Position numbers and translations under genes: made by a program. DNA of 64,000 nucleotides from Octopus vulgaris (lineage: Eukaryota): positions 8,866,001-8,930,000 of the forward strand of contig OX597818.1 in NCBI GenBank assembly GCA_951406725.2, given 5' to 3'. The notes under the pieces were generated by a model. It made no database searches, was not told where the DNA came from, and was given only the letters and a program-made list of their open reading frames with translations. Positions 52,514 through 64,000 of the stretch are shown here, one piece after another (position 1 is the first letter of the stretch; the number at the start of each line of letters is the position of its first letter).

Positions 52514-55500
52514 TGAAGGATCTTCCAAGGCAAATACCACAGAAATAAGTTGTTCTAACAATTCATCAGCGGGAAATAAGATGTAAAATTTGACATTGCG
52601 TATTAATACTGCTTCCGTCGCAAATGTTTTTTTTTCTTTTATAGATGCGAGAATTTCCTTGTTACTAACCGAGCTGTGGTATTCACTATGACAAGTCTAC
52701 GTGACATCATTTCCTTAGATATGTACCAACAAAATCAACTAACACTGTGTTGTAAACACCGCAGCACAGAAATCCTGACTGGCATTTCATCCACTTGTAC
52801 TAAATTCAAATGCCTATTTAGTGAAGGGGATCAATATCAGAACTAACATTCCCAAAATAACTTACATCATATCTAATTGTGGTTGTTGGCAATTCTAAAC
52901 CTACGATACGTTATGGACCTTATAACTGTAATGGATGTAAATATTTTCTTTCGAAAATTACTGAATATGATTTTGGTTTTGGCTGGTATGTATCTAATCG
53001 TTGTTTGCTTGATTAAAGCAGCAACATATTAAAGTCTAACTGACGCTACTGGATAGTAGCAGAACAGTTCTTCTTGAATCACAGTGTACTGTCTCCAATA
53101 TGTAAATGATTCATCATATAATGTGCCCGCGAGACATTTTAAATCAAAATTACACATGTATATATGAAAACAAGAACCTTACCAGAATTATCTATTCTTG
53201 ACTAAAAAAGCATGGCGAGCTTCTGATTTTCAGCATTTATGGAGACAATAATCTTATTTAGTATTTGATTAATTAAGATATTAGGGTTGCTTCACTTGAC
53301 TACTTTGGAAGGCATTTTCATTCATCCATAAAGTGAGGAGAACAACTTTCACGCTAAGTTGAAAGATATTACACGACAGCGGAATCCATCACCGTACTAT
53401 GCATGCCTAGTATTATAAATCACTGGTGGCAGTTGACATATATTACAATGGTAAGTAATGGTTATTTAGAAAGTTAACTGTAAAGACTGCGTGTTTATTC
53501 AGAGTAGCATTTTCTTCTCTAGTTTGGAAACATTTCTTCTACTTCGTTAACAACTATACGGCTAACGGTGTCAATAGTTACCAAAATAACATTAACAACA
53601 AGAATAATAACAAGAACATCAGTAATATCAAAACCAGTAGCAAGAACTATAAGAGAAACAATAATATTCATGATTTTTAACATAGATACAAGTTCTTAAT
53701 TTTGGTGGTTCTAGGTGCATAGCCGAACATATCATGTCAGTACTTAACTTGTGCTTATTATCTCGGGCCAGATAAGATAAAAGAGAATATATAGTTGGAC
53801 GCAGATGTTAAAGGAATAAATAGAACAGATGCTGCATGATATTTTGGTAGATGGTCTAACGATTGTTCCACGAACTATTCTAATTCATTTAGTAGTAATA
53901 ATTTCGAACATGGGCGCAAGTTCCAAAAGATATAAGGAGAGATTACTAGATTATATCAACTCCTGTACATGTCTGTTAATGTATTTTATCGGCTGCGGAA
54001 GCATGAAAGACAAATTAAACACGCTGGGATTTGAACTCATAAAGAACCGAAAGAAATGTTTGAGGATATTTTGCCTATACAGCAAGGATTTTGCTATTCA
54101 CTACAATTATATGATTGATAATTGTTTGCAAATTAGGTACAAGTCATTCAATGTTTAAAGAAAAAGATCAGTAGATGACGTGGCCTGATTGAGTCTTCAA
54201 TTCATCGATCACAAATGGTTGAAAGGATGTATGGATTGGAAGCGGTGGGGCATGAATACAGCGCAAAAATTAATAAGAATCTTTTGACGCCTTGGCGATT
54301 CTGCAAATAATAGCCATATTACTATCAATGAAGACGAGACAAGCGATACATAGATAGATAACTGGCTTTTCACTACTTTTCTCAAATTCTGATTCGTTTT
54401 CACCTTCACAATTATTTTCTTAATATTTGGAGCTTTAAATTAAGTACAAAAAATAAATTTGATTTGGTATGTGTAATTTCGTCAGAGGAAGAGTATTCCT
54501 TATAGTAGGGTCTCTATGCTGGATGGAATGTGAGAAAAGACTATGAAACATGTGATAATTCACCAGAAGGTAAATATCAGTTCATTGAGCTAACATACGA
54601 CTAGATATTTTACCCGATTTATTACAACTAAGTGGATTCCTGTTAAACAACTGTTTAACATTATGATGGTCTGGAAACTAACACTTATTCTTGCCAGCTG
54701 AGTAGATTGGAGCAACGTGAAACCAAGCGTCTTGCTCCAGGAAACATGCCACTAGTAACCGTACTCATGATCTTACGATCGTGAGCCGAATATTCAAACC
54801 ACTAAACAACGCCACTTCACCATTTTCAATCTATTGGTACAGCAAATGTATTACCCACAAAAATAACCTTCAGCTGAGAATAGATTTCGATATGAACTAT
54901 ATGATGCGATGAATATTTAGAATATATGAAGTTAAACCTTATAGCATTATTAAAATTCTCATGAAAACAGAGTTTAAAATCGGGGTAATTATAGACAAAA
55001 GAAAACAAATTCATCTGCTAATTTAACAATTTTTTAACAAAACATGACCCTCGTACGAAATTTATAGATTACATTAAAAATCATCTCTAATAAACATTTT
55101 ATTTTGCGAGAAAAGTTTTTCTTTTTAAATTTCTACTTGGATTTGTTTATAATGAAGTAAATGATATACTTTCAGGTGTTAAGAACTTTGTAGTTTAAAT
55201 ATCATATAATAACCGAACATAAATGAAAGTGAACTTCATTACAGGTGAGCATTCTATGTGATGTAAATGGTTGATAATGGTTTGTAAATAGGTTAATATG
55301 TAGCAATTTCACATTTATGAAATAATATCAACTTAATATCAATTAAAATTTTACATTTTTCTTCTCCTCGTACTTTGATTTTTATCGACGGCTTAATTAA
55401 ATAAACACATTAAGATTGCGCTTAATATTTAATATTTTTTGGCAGCTATATCTATTATCATTACCTTTTTTATAGTTCTTTTGTGATTTTCGTCGATGCC

Positions 55501-56784
55501 GTTTTGATGTTGTTCTTTTAGTTTTTCTATACTCAACCCTAATATTTTCAAGTGACTTCCATTAAAAGAATAAAGATTCCTTTGATAAAAATTATCCGTC
55601 GAGACAAATGAAGATTTCAACCATCCCATCATATCTGTTAGTATTTTACACATTCACACATACGCAGACACACACACTTCCGAACACACATACATACGTA
55701 CGCACATACGTATGTATGCGAGAGAGTGGGAAGGAGACACACACACAGATAGAGAGAAAGAGAGAGAGTGAGCAATGAAACATGGGTGTATAACGTGAGT
55801 ATTTAGTACGATATGTATGTATAATAGAACTGTTCTTTGTAAAGTGCATATGACTGTATTGTCATAGACTTTTATGAATTTCTTGTGCCACCATCGTCAC
55901 CAATAATGACGACAATAAAATCGCTATTACCACAGTTGTTACAACGATTCAACTGCTACCGTCATTGCCAGATTCGTCTTTCGTCAACGACCACAGCACA
56001 TTGCATCAGGCTTTGAAAAAATTATACGTAAAAAAATACAACGTGCCGGGAAAGTGGAAGTATACAAAACGTTCAAGAGAAAACTCAAAATGAAACACAA
56101 CATCAAGAATATACATGCGAAGGAAAACATGCTGAGTGTGTTACTTTTGTAACTAGTATCTTAGAAAGAGAACTTGTATGAAAAACATAACCCCTATCAT
56201 AATCAACAGTAACCACAAGCAAAATTAACTCCACCAGCATCAGCATCCATACAAAAAACATGATATGCAAACCTCATCAAATAACACCGACATCAGCATC
56301 ACTATCTTTCTGATATCAAAAATATCAACAAGAAAAACTATAAATAATATAAACAATTACATACACAAACAATAAAAACAAACAAAAATATCTGATTGCC
56401 ATTAACAGCGAAAATTGTCAATCTTTGATTTTTCCTATCATTCTTGAAAGTTTCCATCATCACATCCCCGACTTACGCTTCTTTTAGTTGATCAATAGTA
56501 ATTAGTGGAATAGATAGCTTTGATTGCAATTAGCAGCTATCCTTCGATAAGCTAAAGGGGGATTCTGTGTTGCTAATGAAAAGCAACAATGTGTGGAGAC
56601 TAATGGAAACTACTAGAAATAGGGTGTTTCAATTTAATAATGATGGTGCGTTTCGATGAAAATGGGCAAAGAGCTGCTTAGAAGAAGGGGAAAAAAGTAG
56701 CATAGCATAAAATAAAATAAGCAAAAATGAAATACTACAACAAAAAGGCGAGAGCAAAAAATATCATAAGAACCATAAATAGTG

Positions 56785-56863
<79 letters not shown>

Positions 56864-56987
56864 TAATAATGAAAAACATAAGCTGCAGAAGCAAAATAAA
56901 GACTACAACAAAAAGGAATAAATGGCAGAAACGAAGAATAACAACACAAAAAAAGAGCACATCCAATACCAGCAACACAACAACAAC

Positions 56988-57088
<101 letters not shown>

Positions 57089-57682
57089 GAAGAAGAAGAA
57101 GAAGAATAACAACAACAATAACAATAACAATAATAATAATAATAACAACAACAACAACAACGGGGAGTAGAAAGAGAAAGAGGAGGAAAAGAAGCAGAAG
57201 CATGATGATGATGACAACGACGATGACGATGATGAGAATTTTGATGATAGTCTATCATAAAATTAATAAATACTAACTTACAAGTAAATTGATCAAAGAA
57301 AATAGAGATGGTAAAAGTTCAATATGTACAGACATATGCGCCCTCGCTTACACATACGCATACACGTTGGTTTCAGAATGATGTGTATTTGTAGATATCC
57401 ATATTTGCATGTGAAACAGCATGGATTGTGCAGATACTAACATTTGTAGTACAATGAAAGATATAAATATGCATACATAAGCATGTTTGAAGTGTCGTTC
57501 AAAGTATTTGAACAAATAAGTATTCATATGCATCCGCTCAGACTCATACGTTTATGTCTGTGTGCATTTAAGCAAGCGTAGATAGATAGCTAGCTAGCTA
57601 GCTAGCTAGCTAGATAGATAGATAGACAGAGAGATAGTTAGCTAGATAGATACAAACACATAAATGCATATACATATCTATG

Positions 57683-57739
<57 letters not shown>

Positions 57740-60182
57740 CACATTTACGTATATATTGCACAAACACATAACACACATGTGCACACACGCACACTCACGT
57801 ATATATGTGTATACATACTACCAATACACAGTAACATTTCATACATAAAACACACTTTTTTAAAAATCATTTCTACTCAGTGAAATTTATTTGATATTTT
57901 TTCATTGATTTTACAAGTTCGTACGCTCTGTATCTACCTTTTTACTGAACGCACGACTAAGTTATCTTTTATTTAGTTTTATTTTTATTCTGTTATGTAT
58001 TTCAATGTCTCACAGAGAAAGAATTCGATAACCTCACAAGTAAAGAGAAACATTAGCGAACACATATACACGTAAGCACACGCCCCCATACACATCATAT
58101 ACGGCTGGCACACAAAAAGCAAGTTCCAAATTGCATGATCTTTGACTCAGGCAAGTTAACTTTCCATTTCTAGGTTGTCATTAAAAATTTAGTTAATTTA
58201 AACATTCAACGAGAAGAGTTGAGTACTTTATTGCAAAAGTCGAAGCTGTAGTTTTGTTAGATGAATCACAAACACGCACAGGAATAGTTAAAACAGAGAG
58301 AGATTGAAAAACAGATAGACTGGAAGAAGATGAATGAAAGAGAGTGAGGAAGAAAGAGATCGAAAAAAGAATTCAAATAATAGAACGGGAGAGAGACAGG
58401 AGGTGTGAAAGAGAAGTACACATCTATGCACATGCGAATAAAAAATTAAAAGAAGACATAATAAACAAGATGTCCTAGAGTAAAATGAAAAATTTAAATA
58501 TTTTCTTTTTTCTCACATTTAAATTTTTGACTTCCTTGTTTATTTATGATTTCTTTGGTAATATAATGGAAAAGCAAGTTCAAAAGGGCAAAGCCAATCA
58601 AAATTATCATTTAATTAGTTACTTTGTTAATGATCTCTGCAGTTAATAGACTCTTAACTATATGAAATTGCGACGAATCGGCCAGACTGCTGCAGTGAAG
58701 AAAGATAGCGGTGGATCAATAATATATAGTGGATTCTTTCACAATACTTCACAGTAACTTTTGGCTTAAAATTTTTGATGTGCTGCAGCGATATATTCAG
58801 TGCTCTTTCACTACTTTTTATGACTTAGAATTTTTATTTTCATTTTCTTTTTCTATCTTTTTTTGGGTGGATTGTGAGCCGTGTTTTAGGGTATAAATTA
58901 TATTGACTCAATTAACTTCATTAGCACTCTATCTTGATGGTTCTCAAAGGGATGATTGTCGAACTAGTTAAAATTTTACATTGGAATGTAAAATTACATA
59001 GCACAATATTGCAAGCATTTGTTTTTTACATTCTACAGGTCCCGCTATGAATAGCGATAATAAAAACAATCATGTCAGTTAAAATTTGAGCATGTACTTC
59101 ATAGTCTAGAAGTAATTGTTAAATTTCTCTCAAATCACTGCCTATCGTTTTGAGAGCTTAAGAGCATATTGATAAAGATAACACTAACTTTCTCAACTGC
59201 AGACCTGCGTTGTCAAGCTTGTTCTATCAATGATCAAGCAACAATTGTATTTACCACCAAAAATTAATTTGTTTAAATAAGTTACTGTTATTGTTTACCC
59301 CCAGATTAATGTTAATAAAAAATAATTATATCCAAAGCCATTACACCCGTGACTATGCTGTGGGACAGACTGTATCCAGAACTGCAGCTCAGTCCAAAAC
59401 ATGAACTGTTTAAAAGCTACTAAGACAAAAGGTGATCTGACCTGATCCCCGTCATCGAAGCACTAGAAATATTGCAGCCTCGGTGAACCCTCAGCTCCGG
59501 CATAATCAGGCCACCACAAATGGGATACCTGAGCAGTGGCTGTCGTCTCTTCCACAGAATATAGATGAGTAGATGCTACAGTCCTGTTAAAGGCGACCTA
59601 GGGCAAGCCACGGTGGGCAGGCGGTAGTATATGACTGAGTGTATGACTAAGAAGATGTATTCATGCTTAACATCTGCCCTACATTTCAGTTACATGCTTT
59701 TCGGCCCATTTTTGAGTGAAGTTGTGCACAATGCTCCTCACCTAGTCTTAGTTCCTCTCCACTTCGAGATATGAGCAAAACAGAGCGATGTAAATGGTCC
59801 GACCTTTCTTCATCCCATGATTTTTTTGAACAGCATGACCCCGCCTCACGAAGTGCCGAGGTGCAGGCTCACTGACTTACCTTGCTTTTATCACAACCTA
59901 CGATAAGTATAAAACAGTACAGAGGAAATGTATTTTTCTAGAGTCCAACATTATGACAGTGACACCGTTTGATATGTCAACATGAGTCTCTCATGTCCTA
60001 TTTTGCACAGGATACCCCTTAGCGTCTCTAGTTTCCATAGTAGTGATTCTTTAGTCAGTACATACAAAACAGGAGCAATCGTGACGGACCAGGTGCGTAA
60101 TACTGAGAGGTTCCGATACGTGACCATTTACCCGAAATGCCGTGTAGATAACGCTTTACATTGCGGCAACCCAACTAAAGGG

Positions 60183-60565
60183 TTTGACCCGGTCATAAAA
60201 ACAAAAAAAAATAGTGTAATAGGTGTAAAGCAAATTCCTGTAAACGAATATGACAACGAAAATGCGCGCTCGCGAAAGAGAGTGGGGGAGAGGCCTCGGA
60301 AAATTCACATCGTGAATTTCCGAAATCGTCTGAGGGTCTAACCCAGGCACAAAAACAAAAACAAAATGGTGTAATATGTGTAAATCAACTTGCTCTAAAC
60401 GAATATGACAAAAAATATACGCTCTAGCGAAAGTGGGGTGGGAGAGAGGACTTTCGAAAATTCACATTTTCACTCCATGGCCTTTAAACTATAGTGTTTG
60501 ATCCGCCCGGAAAAAAAAAAATAGTGTAATTTGGTGTAAAACTACTTGTTCTAAACGATTATCAA
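60183..60565 (+). repeat. ~155-bp diverged tandem repeat (2.5 units)
   Basis: AAAAAT(A/G)GTGTAAT..GTGTAAA...TAAACGA occurs three times; inverted copy at 61050-61217. Confidence 0.8.
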
Positions 60566-60702
60566 GAACATACACACACACACACACACACAAAGAGAAA
60601 TGATTGGTTCAAGGCAAGTGTGCATTGAACTGAATTTAAATAAGCAAGAAAGATATTATCAAAGAAAAGGCCATATCACCATCTTAGTATCTGTTGTTGT
60701 CG

Positions 60703-60751
<49 letters not shown>

Positions 60752-61049
60752 GGAGTTGAATGTGTATGTGTGGTGAAGTTATTAATATCAATACATTAAC
60801 CAACACCATTGAAGTGAAATAATAGTTTCTATACTTTTGGTTTGGCACTGCCGAATTGAGTCAAAAACTATGCAATACAATTCAGCAGAAAAAAAAAAAA
60901 GAAAAATGCGATATCCAGAACGGTAAAGAAATAAGACCTCCCCCAAACAGTAACCCTTGTGTTTAAAATCTCTGTAACAAAAAGGAGAGGTTGTTTGGCT
61001 ATGGACTTCATTGATATTTCCATGTGGTTTAGCCACTATTTACACTTTT

Positions 61050-61217
61050 TCTTCGTGCCCGGGTCAGACGCTTTCGGAAATCACGACGTAAATTTTCCGA
61101 GTCCTCTGCCCCACCCACTTTCGCGAGAGCGCATTTTTTTGTCAAATTCGTTTAGAGGAAGTTGTTTTACACCTACTACACTATTTTTTTGGTTTTGTTT
61201 TTATGACCGGGTCAATC
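61050..61217 (-). repeat. Inverted copy of the 60183-60350 unit
   Basis: TTTTATGACCGGGTCAA is the reverse complement of TTGACCCGGTCATAAAA; the ORF track shows the shared peptide HDVNFP.PLPH.LSR.RIF. Confidence 0.85.
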
Positions 61218-61229
61218 GCATTAGCTTGA

Positions 61230-61920
61230 CCCCTCTTTTTATTAGCCTCCAGTTGAAAAGGTTGCCAACCATGCTAGGATCCTCTCCCACTCAATCTCTA
61301 ATGGATTGTATGAGGTAGAGATGATCGTAGATAAATCTCCTGAGGATATTGTAGATGTGCATATCATCAATGATAATCGCTAACCTATTCGCTGTCACAT
61401 CTTGAAACTTTTAAAATCTGTCATTAGCAGTGTTATGGATTTAGAATTATCTTCATGCTCCTTAATTGGATCATTTCTATGCCTCGACTTACAACTATAT
61501 GAATCCTCCCGTTCTGTTGTTATTTGCTGTAGATATCTACCAAGACTTGCAAATATATTAGGCATGTACAAGTAAATCATCCAAAACAGGTGATATGGAC
61601 AATGAAGTCAATGATAGTTTCCCATATCTCTGTTACTGTAACCATCTGCATTTGTTGCTGAGAGTTGTGACAGGCCGTCTAACTGTGCACTGAAATGCAA
61701 TCCTGCATTCTGGTCCACCATTTGTTCTGAACCGTGAGCGAATGTATGACATGCATTTTTCATAGTCCACCCAAAATCAGTGAAATGTAGTTTTGGTGCC
61801 TCTAACACTCAGCCACATCAAACGGCTTCCATTCCTTCGTGTCTTAGAGCATAGACCTTAGCTTTGACATTGGAGCCATCGTGCATCACTTTGAAGAATT
61901 CAACCAGGGCCAATCTCACC
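61230..61920 (-). pseudogene. Highly decayed RTE-like RT fragment
   Basis: Scattered LHDG, F.V..GV, APKL and RFRT.GG-like remnants only. Confidence 0.35.
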
Positions 61921-62919
61921 GGGCGCATGTCGGCTGCAATGTATTTCCTAAGTGTTTTTCTAAGTTTCTAATTCCCATTTATTCTTTTTTTATCACCATA
62001 ACCATACTAAAACAAATTTATTCCTCTCTAATTGTCCATTCTTAGGGAAAACCCACCATTTAAATCACCTATCTGGTCTCTGTAATCTCGGTACGCAGAG
62101 TGACACGTTCAGTTACAATTAATTGTGTTCCTTTCTACAAATCCAACGCAAGTGAATCGAACAGATCAGAAAATTTGAGGTCTGGGCAGCAGTCAACTTT
62201 AAAATGTGAACAGCCTGTACTACCTTTATTTACTTGACTACAGGATACGATGTAAAGAGCGCCATGCACTTAAAGGATACGATGTAAAGGGTCCCATGCA
62301 CTTCCGCATTAACAGATACAGAAAATCCAGGCAGCATCCAGTCACTCGCTCACTTTAAGGAGAGGGACACTCCATGGAAATCCTCAAGAAATTTGGCTGT
62401 TCTGCAGCAGTTGGTTTATAAACACATACTAGTCTCAAGGCACGCCCTTCGCATCTATTGACATTCAGGGCAAAGAATTTACCTCTGTGTACAAAATGAT
62501 ATTCCGCATTTGAAAATCTAGAGCCTTCTGATCAAAGGAGCAGCGCTGCCTTATATTCTCGGTCGACATGGAGATAAGGATACAGTAATCCTTCGCCATA
62601 TTGCAGTTTATTATTTAAGCTTACGTCGAGTCCTCCGTGATAGTGTTTTGCATTTATAATAAAATATAATTTATAATAAAGAAATTATAAAAATAATAAA
62701 GACAAATATACAGTACAATACTGTCTCTACTTTGTGGATCTTCACATATAGCGAGGGTTTTTGGAACGTAATCACCTCAATAGTCGAGGGATTACTATAT
62801 AAGTATACTTCATATCCACCAAAATTGTATATACTGTATAAGTATATTTCGTATCCACTACAAATGGTCATGACCTTTTGTGGATTGGAAACTATGGTCT
62901 AGCTCATGGCCACCACATT

Positions 62920-64000
62920 TATATATTTAGTGTTATAAAGTGTTTGAGTATGTTTCTCTCCTTCTAAGATGATCCTGGCTATGTACTTAAGGCTTTAAGT
63001 ATATCTTCAATGTGGTGTAAGAGCTGTGTTAGACAGTCCCTGCCACAGCGAAAGCCATGCTGATTTGCATTTAGGTGTTTGTGGATCTCCAGGAAGTCAG
63101 CTATCCTTGATCTTAACACTATTTCAAACACTTTAATGATGTGGGGGGTGAGTGAGATTGGGCGATAGTTGACTGCGAGGGATCTGTTTCCCTGTTTGAA
63201 AACCAGGATGACAGACTGGGATAGAAGCTGTTTCGGTATATAACCTGAATCTAACGAATTTCTCTAGAGGTTGGTCAGAGGGACTGTAAGTTTGTGTCTA
63301 CATTCCTTCAGGAGACAAGCGGGGAATCTATCAGGACCTACAGCAGAATAGTATTTGACCTCATTTATTGCTGCTATGATGTCAGAGGCAGTGAAGGTTA
63401 TGTCTGAGATTTTATGTTGGGAATCAACTTCGTTCGCTTCTCTTACGTCACTATCAGTGGTATCACTATAGACAGAGCAGTATTGTTTCTGCAGTATTTC
63501 TGCATATTTCTTTAGCATTGTGTTGGGGAATCCCGTTATCATCGATCAATGGCCCACTGGGTTAGACAGCTGTTCTATGATTATTTGCATAAGAATAGAA
63601 CACTTTTGGGTTCTGTTTGATGTTTTTGATTACTCACTGTTCCTCCAGATCTCTTTGATTTTCAATGGCGGTTTTCATGTTGTTGAACGTGGATGTTGTA
63701 TGTGGGAATATTTTAATTGGTTGATTTTTTTATTGAGTCTTTTGATGCGCCTGATGAGTGTTTCTTTTTTCTTTTTAGTGAGCAGGTTTCTGTTTGTGTT
63801 AGGGGATATCGTAGGAGCGTGTTTTGAGCATGTATAGGTGACAATGTTCTCAAAGTGTTGCCATGCGGTCTCAATTTTAGTGGAACTGAGAGTAAAAGAC
63901 CAGTCGATGAAAGACAGATCCTTTCTGATTGCTCCCCAGTCCGCTTTGTGGAAGTTTATGTTGTCAAATGAGTGCCATGGAGTGAGAATGGCTGGTTTGG
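62920..64000 (-). pseudogene. CR1/Jockey-like LINE ORF2 relic running off the window end
   Basis: INFHKADW, SAVGPDRFPACLLKEC..L..PL, VNYRPISLT, QHGFR.GR.CLTQLL motifs. Confidence 0.8.

Noticed and set aside
60075-60130. GTGACGG..GATACGTG hammerhead-like spacing
   Set aside because: Too many core deviations to distinguish from chance.
62243-62860. 32-bp and ~39-bp short tandem duplications
   Set aside because: Ordinary slippage duplications of 2-3 copies.

Overview
AT-rich, microsatellite-saturated eukaryotic DNA with no recognisable host gene. The SINE families resemble those of cephalopods (probably Octopus); this is an inference. Most short ORFs in the track are artefacts of (TA)n, (TAA)n, (TAG)n and (CA)n tracts. 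Recognisable content is transposon-derived: tRNA-headed SINEs, three R4/Dong-type LINE copies in (TAA)n, a near-complete RTE LINE, Tc1 and mariner relics, MITEs, a Gypsy integrase relic, a CR1-like relic and two Penelope-like element (PLE) fragments, one with a 566-codon open RT plus GIY-YIG frame. The main hidden signal is non-coding. Several unrelated 300-550 bp repeat families each carry a type I hammerhead ribozyme, read by eye as stem I / CUGANGA / stem II / GAAA / palindromic stem III / UH / stem I. The best case is a near-identical 484-bp array at 37937-40335 with four intact hammerheads. These retrozyme-like or pLTR-like insertions repeatedly show one architecture: an antisense left arm and a sense right arm joined head-to-head, with both 3' ends mostly running out into (TA)n. 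In the youngest array the inversion breakpoint lies in ribozyme stem II. All folds and coordinates were worked out manually, and boundaries of old elements are approximate.
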